The notes below the pieces were generated by a model. It saw only the letters and a list, made by a program, of their open reading frames with translations, had not been told where the DNA came from and did no database searches. The translations under genes and the position numbers were made by a program. A stretch of 64,000 nt of DNA from Octopus vulgaris (taxonomy: Eukaryota): NCBI GenBank assembly GCA_951406725.2, contig OX597833.1, positions 70,680,001 to 70,744,000 on the forward strand. Direction: 5' to 3'. How positions within the stretch are numbered: position 1 is the first letter of the stretch; each line of letters begins with the position of its first letter. Shown here in pieces: positions 61,675 to 64,000 of the stretch.

Positions 61675-64000
61675 TTAAGCAAGGAAAGTGGATGATAAAT
61701 AACAATGTTGATGGTTTTTACTTTAGATTTTCAATTGCGAAATCCTTTTCAAAGATAGAAAGAGATAAGGGATTGAGTAGACTAACGGACAGAAAATGTT
61801 GCTGAAGGTTTGAATGAGACCGTTCAATATCTGATGGCAACCACATTTGAAAACTTCCCAACCAATCAGAGGATGGACAAATTAACGGCTAGATTTCGTT
61901 TCTTTGAGATGAAAGCAATCCCTCTCATCATCATCATCATCGTTGTTTTAATGTCCACTTTTCCATGTTTTGCATGGGTCAGACAGATTTCATTGAAGCA
62001 ATTTTCTTTTCTATGACTGGGTGCTATTGCAGTTGCTAACCCTCGCTTATTTTCAAGCCAAGGTGACATTTCTCGATGGCCAGACATGTCTTCACAGGGG
62101 ATTAGAGACTCAAATGGCACCACTTGTGCGACAGTGGAACTCGTTTACAATTACCATGTGATGTCAAGACATGGAGACACGAATAAGCAGACACACACAA
62201 TGGGCTTCTTTCAGTTTCCATCTACCAAATCCACTCACTAGGCTTTTGCTTGTCCACAGCACTTTGGGCAAGTTTAGAAGCAGTAGCTGGGACAGAACCT
62301 GAAACCACAAGGTTGAGAAAAAACACCTCTTAATCACATGGCCATTCTTGTACCTAATACATCATTTGAATCAAATAATTCCTTCAGACTATTTGGTTGG
62401 ACGTATTGGAATCATCATCATCATCATCATTGGAATATTTCAAATAAAATGTTTTAAAGTGAAGTTTGGCATGTAAAAAGCACCAACTGATCGTGGCCAC
62501 TGCCAGCCTTCCCTGGCACCTGTGCCGGAGGCATGTAAAAAACACCCACTACACTCACGGAGTGGTTGGCGTTAGGAAGAGCATCCAGCTGTAGAAACTG
62601 TGCCAGATCAGACTGGAGCCTGGTGCAGCCTCCTGGCTTGCCAGACCCCAGTCGAACCGTCCAACCCGTGCTAGTACGGAAAACGGACATTAAACGATGA
62701 TGATGATGATGAACTGAATGCTGCTCCCTATCTCCAAAATGAGATCTTTTCACCAGAATTATTATTTTTTTTTTTTTGTTGGAGGGGACAGAAATGATAA
62801 AACCATCTTATTAGTTGTGTTATTTCTTTTTTTCTTCCTTCTTCCATATCTGTTCAAATCTCAACTTTTACCATATTTGATGGCACAAAAGACACACAGG
62901 GGTGTATTAGATGCACACCAAATTTCAAGAAACAAAGGTTTTAGTGTATTTAAAACGCTAAAAGCCCCCAACTTTAAATATAGGACCCAGAGTGATTTGT
63001 TTTAAGTTTTTTTTAAGTGTGTCTTATATGCCATCAGATACAATAATTATAATAGCTTGAAGTGTACTAATAAATAATTATTTCTGTATTACATGTACTA
63101 ATATTTTTATTTAGTTATTCCTTATTATAATCAGTTAAAGGTAACTTTTAACTGCGAAAAAGGGGCAGGGAAACAAATTTGTAATTTGTTTTTATGATAA
63201 TTTTTGATAGTCATAATTAAACAATTTTTTTTTTATTTCCAGGTGAATTTTTGGTGATTTAAAATAATTTTTTTTTAAACAACTTTTATAATTTTCTGTT
63301 TATTAATACAAATATTTTGGTCTTTTAACATCACTTTTGGAAATGGAAATTGTTTTCATATTTTCCATCTGCACTTGGTTCAGTTTGTTTCGTTTCCAGT
63401 CATCTTCAGATGTCTTCATCTCCTTTGATGTGTGTGAGTTTTTATGTTAAGGGTGACTGTGATACACTCAACCACTCTCATGTTAATTCAATGCGATTGG
63501 CAAAGCAACAGAATATCCCTATGGCTGGAAATTCTGACCAAGACCTATTTCTTTTTTAAATAGTACAAGGACTGACCGATAGAATAAGTACGGGAGATAA
63601 AAACAAAATAATAATCACTGGGGTCAGTCTGTTTGGCTAAACCCTTTAAAGTGGTGCTCCAGCATGGCCACAGTATAAAACAGACTAAAACAAGAGATAA
63701 AAGTTACTACACACATGCAAACACACTCACACACACACACACATGCCTTTTTGTAATTTATTTTTGGATTGTGTTTGCAGTTCTGTCTCTGTGTGTGTGT
63801 GTGTGTGTGTCTCTGTGTGTGTGTGTCCCTTTTAGCATCAGATATTTTCAGTGCTGACCACATGACCTTTAAGATAAATGGTCCAATCCTTGACCCTTTC
63901 TGGATGTTATTAAGAGATGTTATTTAATTACTTTAAACAACTTGATATTTCACCTTGGAGGCAGTTTTTCATTTCTTTCTGCTGTGTTACATCATCACAC

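Overview
AT-rich, repeat-dense eukaryotic genomic DNA. The SINE complement and very long simple repeats suggest an octopus or other coleoid cephalopod (inference). The window lies inside one large + strand gene for SNF-related kinase (SNRK). Three confidently spliced exons (20122-20263, 29081-29296, 36898-37092) encode kinase subdomains IX-XI, the UBA region and the start of the C-terminal tail; the 5' kinase exon(s) and probably the 3' end lie outside the window. Downstream of 37092 is a series of candidate symmetric phase-2 cassette exons (57, 36, 93, 462 and 39 nt), each open in the SNRK frame. The introns hold dozens of SINEs from at least four families, 5'-truncated RTE, CR1 and R4/Dong-like LINEs, non-autonomous Helitrons, piggyBac-like MITEs, and Penelope-like fold-back elements, some with minimal hammerhead ribozyme motifs. 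Nearly all ORFs in the supplied track are repeat artefacts. SINE coordinates are approximate unless a target-site duplication (TSD) is given.
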